Notes: generated by a model not told the origin, from the letters alone. A stretch of 24,000 nucleotides of DNA from Solimonas fluminis (GCF_002930645.1 NZ_PSNW01000007.1:225792-249791), one strand, 5' to 3'; numbered from the stretch's first letter, positions 1 through 6,285 are shown. Made by a program: numbers and translations.

Positions 1-96
1 ACCCAGCAGGGGCAGCGCCGGGCTCAGCAGCCACCACCAGCGCTTGCCGTCGCGCCATGCGGCGGCCTCTCCCCTCGTCGCTTCCAGCGTATTCAT
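1..96 (-). CDS. 5' end (32 codons) of a gene running off the left edge; N-terminus resembles integral-membrane alkane 1-monooxygenase (AlkB / membrane fatty-acid desaturase family)
   Basis: Reverse-strand ATG at 96-94, with GGAGGA (complement of 107-112) 10 nt upstream. The frame is open to position 1 and translates as MNTLEATRGEAAAWRDGKRWWWLLSPALPLLG. The pattern [D/R]xK[R/K]xxW[L/I]LSxxxPxxPxxG matches the region before TM1 of AlkB proteins (e.g. DKKKYLWILSTLWPATPMIG in P. putida AlkB). It is absent from the ORF track because it is truncated. Only 32 aa are visible. Confidence 0.4.
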   Translation of the reverse strand, partial: MNTLEATRGEAAAWRDGKRWWWLLSPALPLLG

Positions 97-151
97 TTTT
101 ATGACTTCCTCCAGACGGCGTGCATGCTGCGCCTTGCCTACCCACCCGTTC

Positions 152-182
152 TTGTCTTTTTGCGCCATGTTGTTGTCATAAT
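152..182 (+). promoter_or_regulatory. Candidate sigma70 promoter for the AraC gene (extended -10 TGTCATAAT; weak -35 TTGTCT)
   Basis: A locally AT-rich stretch lies in the 112-bp divergent intergenic region. TGTCATAAT at 174-182 fits the TGnTATAAT extended -10. TTGTCT at 152-157 gives a long 19-nt spacer. This is sequence pattern only. Confidence 0.3.
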
Positions 183-208
183 GAGACAGGACTTTCGGTG
201 GGAGCCCC

Positions 209-1255
209 ATGGCCAAGCAGGAACTGAGGGTGCCGGCGCGCTACTACATGCGCCTGCAGGAAGTGCTGGGGCGCCAGGGCATCGACGTGCGCGACCTGCT
301 GCGCGAGCTGTCGCTGCCGGTGGCCGCCCTGGAACAGCCGGATGCCACGCTGTACTTCTCGCAGGTGGAACAGATCATCGCGCGCGCGGTGCAGGCCAGC
401 GGCCGCAGCGATCTCGGTTTCGAACTGGGCAAGCTGCTGACGGTGAGCTCCCACAGCATCGTCGGCTTCGGCATGGTCAACAGCCCGACGGTGGAGCACG
501 CGATGCATTTCGTCGCGCGCTATTTCCGCCTGGTGCTGCCGAGCTTCCGCATGCGCTACGCCAGCGGGCCCGACCACGGCGAGCTGCTGTTCACGCCGAC
601 CGTGGCCATGGGACACCAGTGCCTGTCCTTCCACATCGAGACGATCGCGATGGCGGCGCTGCGCGACGTGCACGACATGGTCGGCAGCCGCATTCCCTGC
701 CGCCTGTACCTGTCGATCGCCGAGCCGCCGCACCTGCAGCGCTATACCGAGATACGCGACCTGCTCTGCACCTTCGGCACCGATCGCGGGCCCAGCGTGC
801 GCCTGCTGTTCAACGTCGACTTCCGCCGCTACCCCATCGCGATGGCGGACGCCAATGCCCTGAAGGTGGCGGAGGAGCGCTGCCGGGAACTGGTGCAGCA
901 GGTCACCGACGTGCGCCAGTTCGCCGACTGGGTGGCAATGACCCTGAGGGAGGTCGGCGACGGCGTGCCCTCGCTGGCCGAGCTCGCCAGCACCCTCAAC
1001 CTGTCGACGCGCACTCTCAACCGCTACCTGGAGCGCGAGGGCACCAGCTACCGCGAACTGGCCGGCCGCATCCAGCATGAACTGGCCTGCGAGCGCCTGG
1101 CGGCCGGCGTGCTCAGCATCACCGAGATCGCCTATTCGCTGGGCTTTCGCGACACGGCCAACTTCACCCGCGCCTTCCGCAGCCGCGCCGGCTGCAGCCC
1201 GCGCGACTATCGCCTGCGGCTGGCCAGCAAGGCGGAGTCATTACCTGGGCGGTAA
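209..1255 (+). CDS. AraC-family transcriptional regulator (N-terminal AraC-type ligand-binding domain, C-terminal double HTH)
   Basis: 348-aa ORF. The C-terminus LSTRTLNRYLEREGTSYRELAGRIQHELACERLAAGVLSITEIAYSLGFRDTANFTRAFRSRAGCSPRDYR is a canonical AraC/XylS HTH_18 region. GGAG lies at 201-204 upstream of the ATG. The gene is divergent from the AlkB-like gene. Confidence 0.85.
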   Translation: MAKQELRVPARYYMRLQEVLGRQGIDVRDLLRELSLPVAALEQPDATLYFSQVEQIIARAVQASGRSDLGFELGKLLTVSSHSIVGFGMVNSPTVEHAMHFVARYFRLVLPSFRMRYASGPDHGELLFTPTVAMGHQCLSFHIETIAMAALRDVHDMVGSRIPCRLYLSIAEPPHLQRYTEIRDLLCTFGTDRGPSVRLLFNVDFRRYPIAMADANALKVAEERCRELVQQVTDVRQFADWVAMTLREVGDGVPSLAELASTLNLSTRTLNRYLEREGTSYRELAGRIQHELACERLAAGVLSITEIAYSLGFRDTANFTRAFRSRAGCSPRDYRLRLASKAESLPGR

Positions 1256-1310
1256 TTGAGACGCCGCGACGGCGGCGGGATGCTGCAGCCTCCAACCCAA
1301 GGAGACTGCG

Positions 1311-1625
1311 ATGAACCTCAACACCTTGCTGCTGCTCGTCCTCTTCGCCGCCTTCGGCGCGCTGAGCCTGGTGGCCATCGCCGAGCACGGTTATGTCGGC
1401 ATCTTCATCCACCTGTTCCAGAACACCGCCGGCTGGCAGGCGCTGGCCGACCTCGGCATCGCCTGCCTGCTGATCATGGTCTGGATGGTGGGTGACGCCC
1501 GCCGCAGCGGCCGCAACGCCTGGCCTTACCTGCTGCTGACCGCCGCCGCCGGCTCCTTCGGCCCGCTGCTGTACCTGCTGGTGGGCCAGTTCAGCGGCGC
1601 CAAGGCCCGGCATGCGCTGGCCTGA
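1311..1625 (+). CDS. Small hydrophobic membrane protein (about 3 TM), function unknown
   Basis: 104-aa ORF with a strong AAGGAG RBS at 1299-1304 (6-nt spacing). The sequence is hydrophobic (LLLLVLFAAFGALSLVAIA, LGIACLLIMVWMV, LLLTAAAGSFGPLLYLLV). Third-position GC is high. Confidence 0.7.
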   Translation: MNLNTLLLLVLFAAFGALSLVAIAEHGYVGIFIHLFQNTAGWQALADLGIACLLIMVWMVGDARRSGRNAWPYLLLTAAAGSFGPLLYLLVGQFSGAKARHALA

Positions 1626-2007
1626 GGCCCTGCTGGGCTTCAGCCTGGTCGCGGCCGGAGTGCTGCATCTCCTGCCGCTGGCCGGGCTGCTGTCCGCCGC
1701 CCGGCTCGAGGCGCTCTACGGCATCCCGGTGCGTGAGCCCTCGCTGGAACTGCTGCTGCGACACCGCGCCCTGCTGTTCGGCCTGCTCGGCGCGCTGCTG
1801 ATCGCCGGGGCCTTGCGCAGCGAACTGCGGGCTGCCGCCATCATCGCCGCACTGGTCAGCATGGGCGGCTTCCTGTTGCTGGCCGCGCAGTCCGCCGAGC
1901 TGGCGGCGCCGCTGCGCCGCGTGGCGCTGGCCGACCTGATCGCTACACTGCTGCTGCTCATCGCCCTGGGCCTGCGCGCCTGGGTACCGACCGGAGGTTC
2001 CTCTTGA
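1612..2007 (+). CDS. Small membrane protein (about 4 TM), function unknown
   Basis: 131-aa ORF. Its ATG at 1612 overlaps the upstream gene by 14 nt. Its TGA (2005-2007) overlaps the TTG start of the next gene. The sequence is very hydrophobic (LLGFSLVAAGVLHLLPLAGLL, LLFGLLGALLIAGAL, IIAALVSMGGFLLLAA, LIATLLLLIALGL). The start codon is less certain. Confidence 0.6.
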   Translation: MRWPEALLGFSLVAAGVLHLLPLAGLLSAARLEALYGIPVREPSLELLLRHRALLFGLLGALLIAGALRSELRAAAIIAALVSMGGFLLLAAQSAELAAPLRRVALADLIATLLLLIALGLRAWVPTGGSS

Positions 2008-2870
2008 TCCAGGCCACGTCGCTGTCCCTGCGCTGCGCCGACGGCATCAGCCTGTCGGCCCGCGAATACGCCGGCGGCGACGCCGGCACCGTCGTGATCT
2101 CTGCGGCGCTGGGCGTCCCCCAGAAGTTCTATGCGGCCTACGCCGGCTGGCTCGCCGGCCAGGGCTACCACGTCATCACCTGCGACAACCGCGGCTTCGG
2201 CGACTCGGCCGCGGCACTGCGCGGCGGCGCCGTCGATCTCGCCGACTGGGGCCGCCAGGATCTGGAGGCGCTGCTGCAGCGCGCACGTTCGCTCAACCCG
2301 CGCCATTTCCTCGTCGGCCACAGCATCGGCTGCCAGATTGCCGGTCTGGCGTCTGCCAGCGCAGGACTCACCGGCGCCGTGTTCGTCGCCGGCACCGCGC
2401 CCCATCTGCGCCACTACCCCTGGAGCCAGCGTCCCGCGCTGGCCCTGCTGTGGTACGGCCTGGTGCCGGGGTTCACCCGCGGCCGCGATACGGTGGCGCC
2501 ATCGAGGCTCGGCCTCGGCAAGGGTCCCGCGCTGCCGGTGGGCGCCGCCGCCGGCTGGGCTCGCTGGGCGCGCTCGCACGATTACCTGTTCTCGCCGCAG
2601 CATGGCCTGGACCTGTCCGGCTACGCCCGGGTCCGGGCACCGATCCTGGCCTGGAACTTTCCCGACGATCCCTATGCGCCGCGCGCCGCCGTGGAGGCCT
2701 TGCTGCGCCGCTACGCGCAGGCGCGCATCGAGCGACGCGGCGACGAGTTCACGCGCGGCGTGGGGCACTTCGGCTACTTCCGCGAGGCGCATCGCGACAC
2801 GCTGTGGCGCCGCAGCGCCGACTGGCTGGCGCAGCGGACGCAGACCGCCGGAGAACGCATCCGTGCCTGA
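2004..2870 (+). CDS. Alpha/beta-fold hydrolase (Ser nucleophile)
   Basis: 288-aa ORF. TTG start at 2004 within cTTGAtc, overlapping the upstream stop, with GGAGG at 1994-1998. Nucleophile elbow GHSIG (LVGHSIGCQ). A C-terminal GVGHFGYF supplies the expected catalytic His. Confidence 0.8.
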   Translation: MIQATSLSLRCADGISLSAREYAGGDAGTVVISAALGVPQKFYAAYAGWLAGQGYHVITCDNRGFGDSAAALRGGAVDLADWGRQDLEALLQRARSLNPRHFLVGHSIGCQIAGLASASAGLTGAVFVAGTAPHLRHYPWSQRPALALLWYGLVPGFTRGRDTVAPSRLGLGKGPALPVGAAAGWARWARSHDYLFSPQHGLDLSGYARVRAPILAWNFPDDPYAPRAAVEALLRRYAQARIERRGDEFTRGVGHFGYFREAHRDTLWRRSADWLAQRTQTAGERIRA

Positions 2871-3726
2871 CACCGACGCGCTGTACCGCTCCCTGCCGGT
2901 GCGCGAGCTGGCGCTCGGCGATGCGAGCCTGCCCTACCGCTGCCATGGCAGCGGCCCCGACCTGCTGCTGGTGCACGGCTTTCCGCTGTCCGGCTACACC
3001 TGGCGCCACGTGCTGCCGGGACTCGCGCAAAGACACCGCTGCCATCTCGTCGACCTGGCCGGCCTCGGCGGCTCGCGCTGGGACGAAGGGACCGACTTCA
3101 GCTTCGAGGGCCACGCCCGCCGCCTGAAGGCGCTGGTGGACCAGCTCGGCCTGCCGCGCTACGACCTGCTCGCCCAGGACACGGGCGCCACCGTCACGCG
3201 CTGCCTCGCTCTGATGGATCCGCCGCGCGCGCGGCGCCAGGTGATGATCAACACCGAGATTCCCGGACACCGTCCGCCGTGGATCGTGGAGTACCAGGCC
3301 CTGATGCGCCTGCCCTTCACGCCGGCGCTGTTCCGGCTGCTGCTGAAATCGCGGAGCTTCCTGCGCTCCGGCATGGCCTTCGGCGGCTGCTTCGGCAACC
3401 TGGACCTGATCGACGGCGACTTCCACCGCGAGTTCGTGCAGCCCTGCATCGACCGACGGCGCCGCATGGAAGGCCTGCGCGACTACCTGACCGGCGCCAA
3501 CTGGCCCACGGTGGATGCCTTCGCCACGCGCCACGCCGAGTTCCGCGAGCCGGTGCTGCTGCTCTGGGGCGAGGACGATCCCACCTTCCCGCTGCGGCGC
3601 GCGAAAGCGATGCTGCCGCAGTTCCGCGACGCGCGGATGGTGACGATCGCGGATGCGAAGCTGCTGCCGCAGGAAGAGAAGCCGGCCGAGGTGGCGAAGG
3701 CGGTACTGGAGTTCCTGGCGGCCTGA
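2863..3726 (+). CDS. Alpha/beta-fold protein of the epoxide-hydrolase / haloalkane-dehalogenase type (Asp nucleophile), apparently lacking the catalytic His
   Basis: This is the C-terminal 287 codons of the 531-aa track ORF. An in-frame GTG at 2863 follows GGAGAA (2850-2855) and overlaps the upstream stop by 8 nt. Motifs present: LLLVHGFPLSGYTWR (HGxP oxyanion motif), LLAQDTGA (Sm-x-Asp-x-Sm elbow, Asp codon 3178-3180) and LLLWGEDDP. Where GHF(L)QEE is expected the protein reads DAKLLPQEEKP, and there is no His in the last ~60 residues. Confidence 0.8.
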   Translation: MPDTDALYRSLPVRELALGDASLPYRCHGSGPDLLLVHGFPLSGYTWRHVLPGLAQRHRCHLVDLAGLGGSRWDEGTDFSFEGHARRLKALVDQLGLPRYDLLAQDTGATVTRCLALMDPPRARRQVMINTEIPGHRPPWIVEYQALMRLPFTPALFRLLLKSRSFLRSGMAFGGCFGNLDLIDGDFHREFVQPCIDRRRRMEGLRDYLTGANWPTVDAFATRHAEFREPVLLLWGEDDPTFPLRRAKAMLPQFRDARMVTIADAKLLPQEEKPAEVAKAVLEFLAA

Positions 3727-3730
3727 GCCG
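3681..3730 (+). repeat. Direct repeat copy A (last 14 codons + stop + 4 nt of the hydrolase gene)
   Basis: gccggccgaggtggcgaaggcggtactggagttcctggcggcctgagccg aligns without gaps to 6384-6433, with 45/50 identical by my count. Confidence 0.8.
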
Positions 3731-4041
3731 GCAACTCGCGCATGGCGCGTGGGAATCCGGCGGCAACGGCGATGACGGGCCGCCGATTCGGGCGCTGAAG
3801 CTCCGCCTGGACCGCATCGGAAACCTGCGGCGGTTCATCGGCGCGGGGCCGTCGCCAGCCCGATCCAGCGCATCGGGGTCGCCAACGGCGTAGCCGCCCC
3901 CGTGCGCGCATCGCGTGGGGGGCCTGGTGCGCGGGCCCGGCACGTCCTTCATGCGGATCACGGCGCGCGCCCGCTTCTTCCGGACCCGGATGGCGCGGAT
4001 CGTGTCCATGGCCCCGGCCTTGCCGCCGGGCCGAGGCCGCG

Positions 4042-4080
4042 CCATGCGCCCGCGCCGGGGGCGCATGGGTTCGTGCTTTT
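4042..4080 (+). terminator. Possible intrinsic terminator / insulating hairpin upstream of the TetR cassette
   Basis: A perfect 10-bp inverted repeat, CCATGCGCCC (4042-4051) / GGGCGCATGG (4059-4068), has a 7-nt loop. It is followed by gttcgtgCTTTT (T-run at 4077-4080). It lies 316 nt after the nearest upstream stop, so its role is uncertain. Confidence 0.3.
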
Positions 4081-4122
4081 CCCCTGGGGAAGCCTGCAGG
4101 GAGGAACTGCAGCCCCATTTTG

Positions 4123-4149
4123 TTGACAATGTTAAGTTAATGCTGTCAA
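4123..4149 (+). promoter_or_regulatory. Palindromic operator (probable TetR autoregulatory site) overlapping a -35-like TTGACA
   Basis: TTGACAatgTTAAgTTAAtgcTGTCAA pairs at 10 of 13 positions around centre 4136. It is an AT-rich island in GC-rich DNA and ends 8 nt before the TetR ATG. The geometry TTGACA (4123-4128), 17 nt, TCAACT (4146-4151), 6 nt, A4158 would put the transcription start on the ATG. Confidence 0.45.
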
Positions 4150-4157
4150 CTTAATGT

Positions 4158-4835
4158 ATGGCCAGAAAGAAATTCCCGGACGAGGTGCGCGCGCGCAAGC
4201 GTGACGAAATCCTCGATGTCGCCATGACGGTATTCGAGACCGATGGCCTGGACGCATTGAGCTTTCGGCGCCTGGCCGACGGCATGGACCTGAGCCACTC
4301 CGCGCCGTATCGCTACTTCGCCAGCAAGGAGGCGCTGGTCAACGCGCTGCGCGCCCGCGCCTACCGCTGGATCGAGCGCGAGATGCTGGATGCCATCGCC
4401 GGCATCCGCGATCCGGAACAGCAGCTGGAAGCCTTGGCGGCCGCGTACATCCGCTCCGGCCTGGCGCGGCCGCATCGCTACGCGCTGATGTTCTTCAACC
4501 TCAATGATGCCGCCACGCTGCGCGACTTTCCGGAGCTGGAAGCCGCCAAGCGCGATGCGCTGGACGTGTGCACGCGGGTGATTGCGGCCGGACAGCAGCA
4601 TGGTGATTTTCCCAGGACCATCGACCCGCTCACCGCCGCGCACCTGTTCTGGATGGGCGCGCATGGCCTGGTGTCGCTGCAGGTGGCCGGGCAGTTCGTG
4701 ATGGGTCGCGAGGTGCAGCAGCTGGCGCCCGCGCTGATCCAGACGCTGCGCACGGGCATGGACCATTTCAAACCGACCGCCAGGCCTAGGCCCATGAGCA
4801 AGGCAGCGGGAGCAAAGGAGAGATCTCGTGGCTGA
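4158..4835 (+). CDS. TetR/AcrR-family transcriptional repressor
   Basis: 225-aa ORF. The N-terminus RKRDEILDVAMTVFETDGLDALSFRRLADGMDLSHSAPYRYFASKEALVNAL is a canonical TetR_N HTH. There is no Shine-Dalgarno before the ATG (possible leaderless mRNA). Confidence 0.9.
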   Translation: MARKKFPDEVRARKRDEILDVAMTVFETDGLDALSFRRLADGMDLSHSAPYRYFASKEALVNALRARAYRWIEREMLDAIAGIRDPEQQLEALAAAYIRSGLARPHRYALMFFNLNDAATLRDFPELEAAKRDALDVCTRVIAAGQQHGDFPRTIDPLTAAHLFWMGAHGLVSLQVAGQFVMGREVQQLAPALIQTLRTGMDHFKPTARPRPMSKAAGAKERSRG

Positions 4836-5775
4836 GAGCGAACCATCCGCCGGGCACCGCAGCAAGATCGTGCCGCTGCCCAGGCGCGTTCCCTTCCAGT
4901 TCCCGGACGATGTGCAGCCGCGCTGGAAGGCGTCCGACCCGGAATTCTGCGCCATGGTCAACGGCGCTTCGCTGAGCATGCCGTATCTGGAGCCGTTCCT
5001 GATCCGCACCGTACGCGAGGCCAGTGCCGGCATCGACGACGCGTTCCTGCAGGCGTCCGCAAGCGCCTTCAATCAGCAGGAGCAGCAGCACTTCCAGACG
5101 CATCGCCGCTTCAATGAGCTGCTCAAGGCCAAGGGCTACGCCGAGCTGGCCCGCATCGAGCAGGACATGCAGGCCTACTACACGCGCATGGCCCGCAAAA
5201 GCCTGCGCACGCGCATGGCCTACACCGCCGGTTTCGAAGCCATGACCCTGGGGGTGACGCGCTGGCTGGTGGAAAACCGCGTGCGCCTGTTCGGTGGCGG
5301 CGATACGCGGGTGGCGTCCTTCATCCTGTGGCATTTCGTCGAGGAGTCGGAGCACAAATGTGTGGCGCACGACATCTATGGGGCAGCCTTCGGCTCCGGC
5401 CCCGGCGCCTATTTCGCGCGCATGCTGGGGGTGTTTCACGGCTCGCTGAGCGTGATGCGGTTTTCCATGCGCGGCTACAAGGCGATCCTGCAGAAGGATG
5501 GCCTTTGGCGCAGCCTGCGCTCGCGCCTGCGCCTGGCCGCGCACCTGGGTTCCTTCGTGCGCACCGTGGCGCCGTATCTGCTGCGCGCCACGCTGCCGGG
5601 CCACCATCCGCGCCGCGAGCCCGATCCACAATGGGTGCAGGACTGGATCGCCGGCTATGCCGCGAATCCGCGCGACACCGCGCCGCTGCTCGATACCACG
5701 CATCCGCTGATGCCGGTCCCGTTCCAACCCTTGCCGTCACCACCGCGCGCGGCAACGACCGTGCATCGTTTGTAA
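4828..5775 (+). CDS. PF10118-like 'predicted metal-dependent hydrolase' family protein (residue pattern also compatible with a diiron-carboxylate site)
   Basis: 315-aa ORF. GTG start at 4828 with AAGGAG at 4815-4820, overlapping the TetR stop by 8 nt. SLSMPYLEPFLIRTV...FNQQEQQHFQTHRRFNELL...ILWHFVEESEHKCVAHD resembles the conserved blocks of the Metal_hydrol family as I remember them. Confidence 0.7.
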   Translation: MAESEPSAGHRSKIVPLPRRVPFQFPDDVQPRWKASDPEFCAMVNGASLSMPYLEPFLIRTVREASAGIDDAFLQASASAFNQQEQQHFQTHRRFNELLKAKGYAELARIEQDMQAYYTRMARKSLRTRMAYTAGFEAMTLGVTRWLVENRVRLFGGGDTRVASFILWHFVEESEHKCVAHDIYGAAFGSGPGAYFARMLGVFHGSLSVMRFSMRGYKAILQKDGLWRSLRSRLRLAAHLGSFVRTVAPYLLRATLPGHHPRREPDPQWVQDWIAGYAANPRDTAPLLDTTHPLMPVPFQPLPSPPRAATTVHRL

Positions 5776-5799
5776 CAGCCACTTTCGGGGAGTAGCCAC

Positions 5800-6285
5800 A
5801 TGAGCAGCCACGACGAACTCAAGCCTTGTCGCCAGCAACTGGTCGGTCACGGTGCGCTGATGATCTTCTGCGCCGGCGTGATCGGCTTCGGCTTCCTGTT
5901 CTTCCTGATCGGCAGCATCAAGCTCTGGCCGATTCCCGGCGAGATCGACATCAAGCTGCCCGGCAGCTATGACGACTGGCGCATGGCGCACATGGAGGCG
6001 GTGGTCAACGGCGCGATCATGTGGATCATGGCCGCGATCCTGCCGCTGCTGCCGTTCTCGCCCGCCGGCCAGCGGCGTGCCGCCCACGGCATGATCGTCG
6101 TCGCCTGGACTTTCGTCATCGCTTCGGCCATGAAGCCGCTGTTCCCCAACAGCCGCGGCCTGGCGGCCAGTGACCTCGTCAGCAACAACATCGTGTTCGG
6201 CCTGTTCTACGTGGGAGTGGTGCTGGTGATGCTGATCATGGGCCTGATCGCGTATCGCTCGCTGCGCGGCGACAAGGCCGCCTGA
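5800..6285 (+). CDS. Styrene-oxide isomerase (StyC/SOI)-like small haem-binding integral membrane protein
   Basis: 161-aa ORF with about 4 TM segments and GGGGAG at 5787-5792. It aligns along its whole length with Pseudomonas StyC as recalled: GHGALMIFCAGVIGFGF vs GHGILMIFCTLLFGVGL; IPGEIDIKLPGSYDDWRMAHMEAVVNGAIM vs IPGYIIEFHVPGSPEGWARAHSGPALNGMMV; NSRGL vs NRGL. The equivalents of the haem-ligand His (H64, codon 5989-5991) and Asn (N70, 6007-6009) are conserved with identical spacing. Confidence 0.65.
   Translation: MSSHDELKPCRQQLVGHGALMIFCAGVIGFGFLFFLIGSIKLWPIPGEIDIKLPGSYDDWRMAHMEAVVNGAIMWIMAAILPLLPFSPAGQRRAAHGMIVVAWTFVIASAMKPLFPNSRGLAASDLVSNNIVFGLFYVGVVLVMLIMGLIAYRSLRGDKAA

Noticed and set aside
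124-1080. Track ORFs 124-1080 (+, 318 aa) and 176-1078 (-, 300 aa) overlapping the AraC gene
   Set aside because: Their translations are Arg/Ala/Pro/Gly-rich and low-complexity. They are typical shadow frames of a high-GC gene, whereas the 209-1255 frame has a clear AraC HTH.
2131-2862. N-terminal 244 codons of the 531-aa ORF 2131-3726
   Set aside because: This part overlaps the 2004-2870 hydrolase out of frame and translates to low-complexity Ala/Arg/Pro/Ser. The recognisable alpha/beta-hydrolase sequence begins only at the in-frame GTG 2863, which has an RBS.
1716-2873. 385-aa minus-strand ORF antisense to the membrane-protein and hydrolase genes
   Set aside because: It has shadow-frame composition and no motifs, and it is fully covered by better-supported plus-strand genes.
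4059-4084. GGGTTCGTGC resembling a tRNA T-loop (GGTTCGA)
   Set aside because: No complementary T-stem, acceptor stem or anticodon arm can be drawn around it. It is part of the hairpin/T-run described above.
3317-4129. Minus-strand ORFs 3317-4129 and 3483-4118, and plus-strand ORFs 3279-3893, 3902-4126 and 3915-4154
   Set aside because: All are Arg/Pro/Gly-rich. They run antisense or out of frame through the hydrolase gene, or lack an RBS. I treat 3727-4122 as an uncalled, possibly degraded region and report it as a finding rather than a gene.
4146-5727. Minus-strand ORFs 4146-5072 and 4786-5727 opposite the TetR cassette
   Set aside because: They are shadow frames. The plus-strand genes have clear family motifs, RBSs and coupling.
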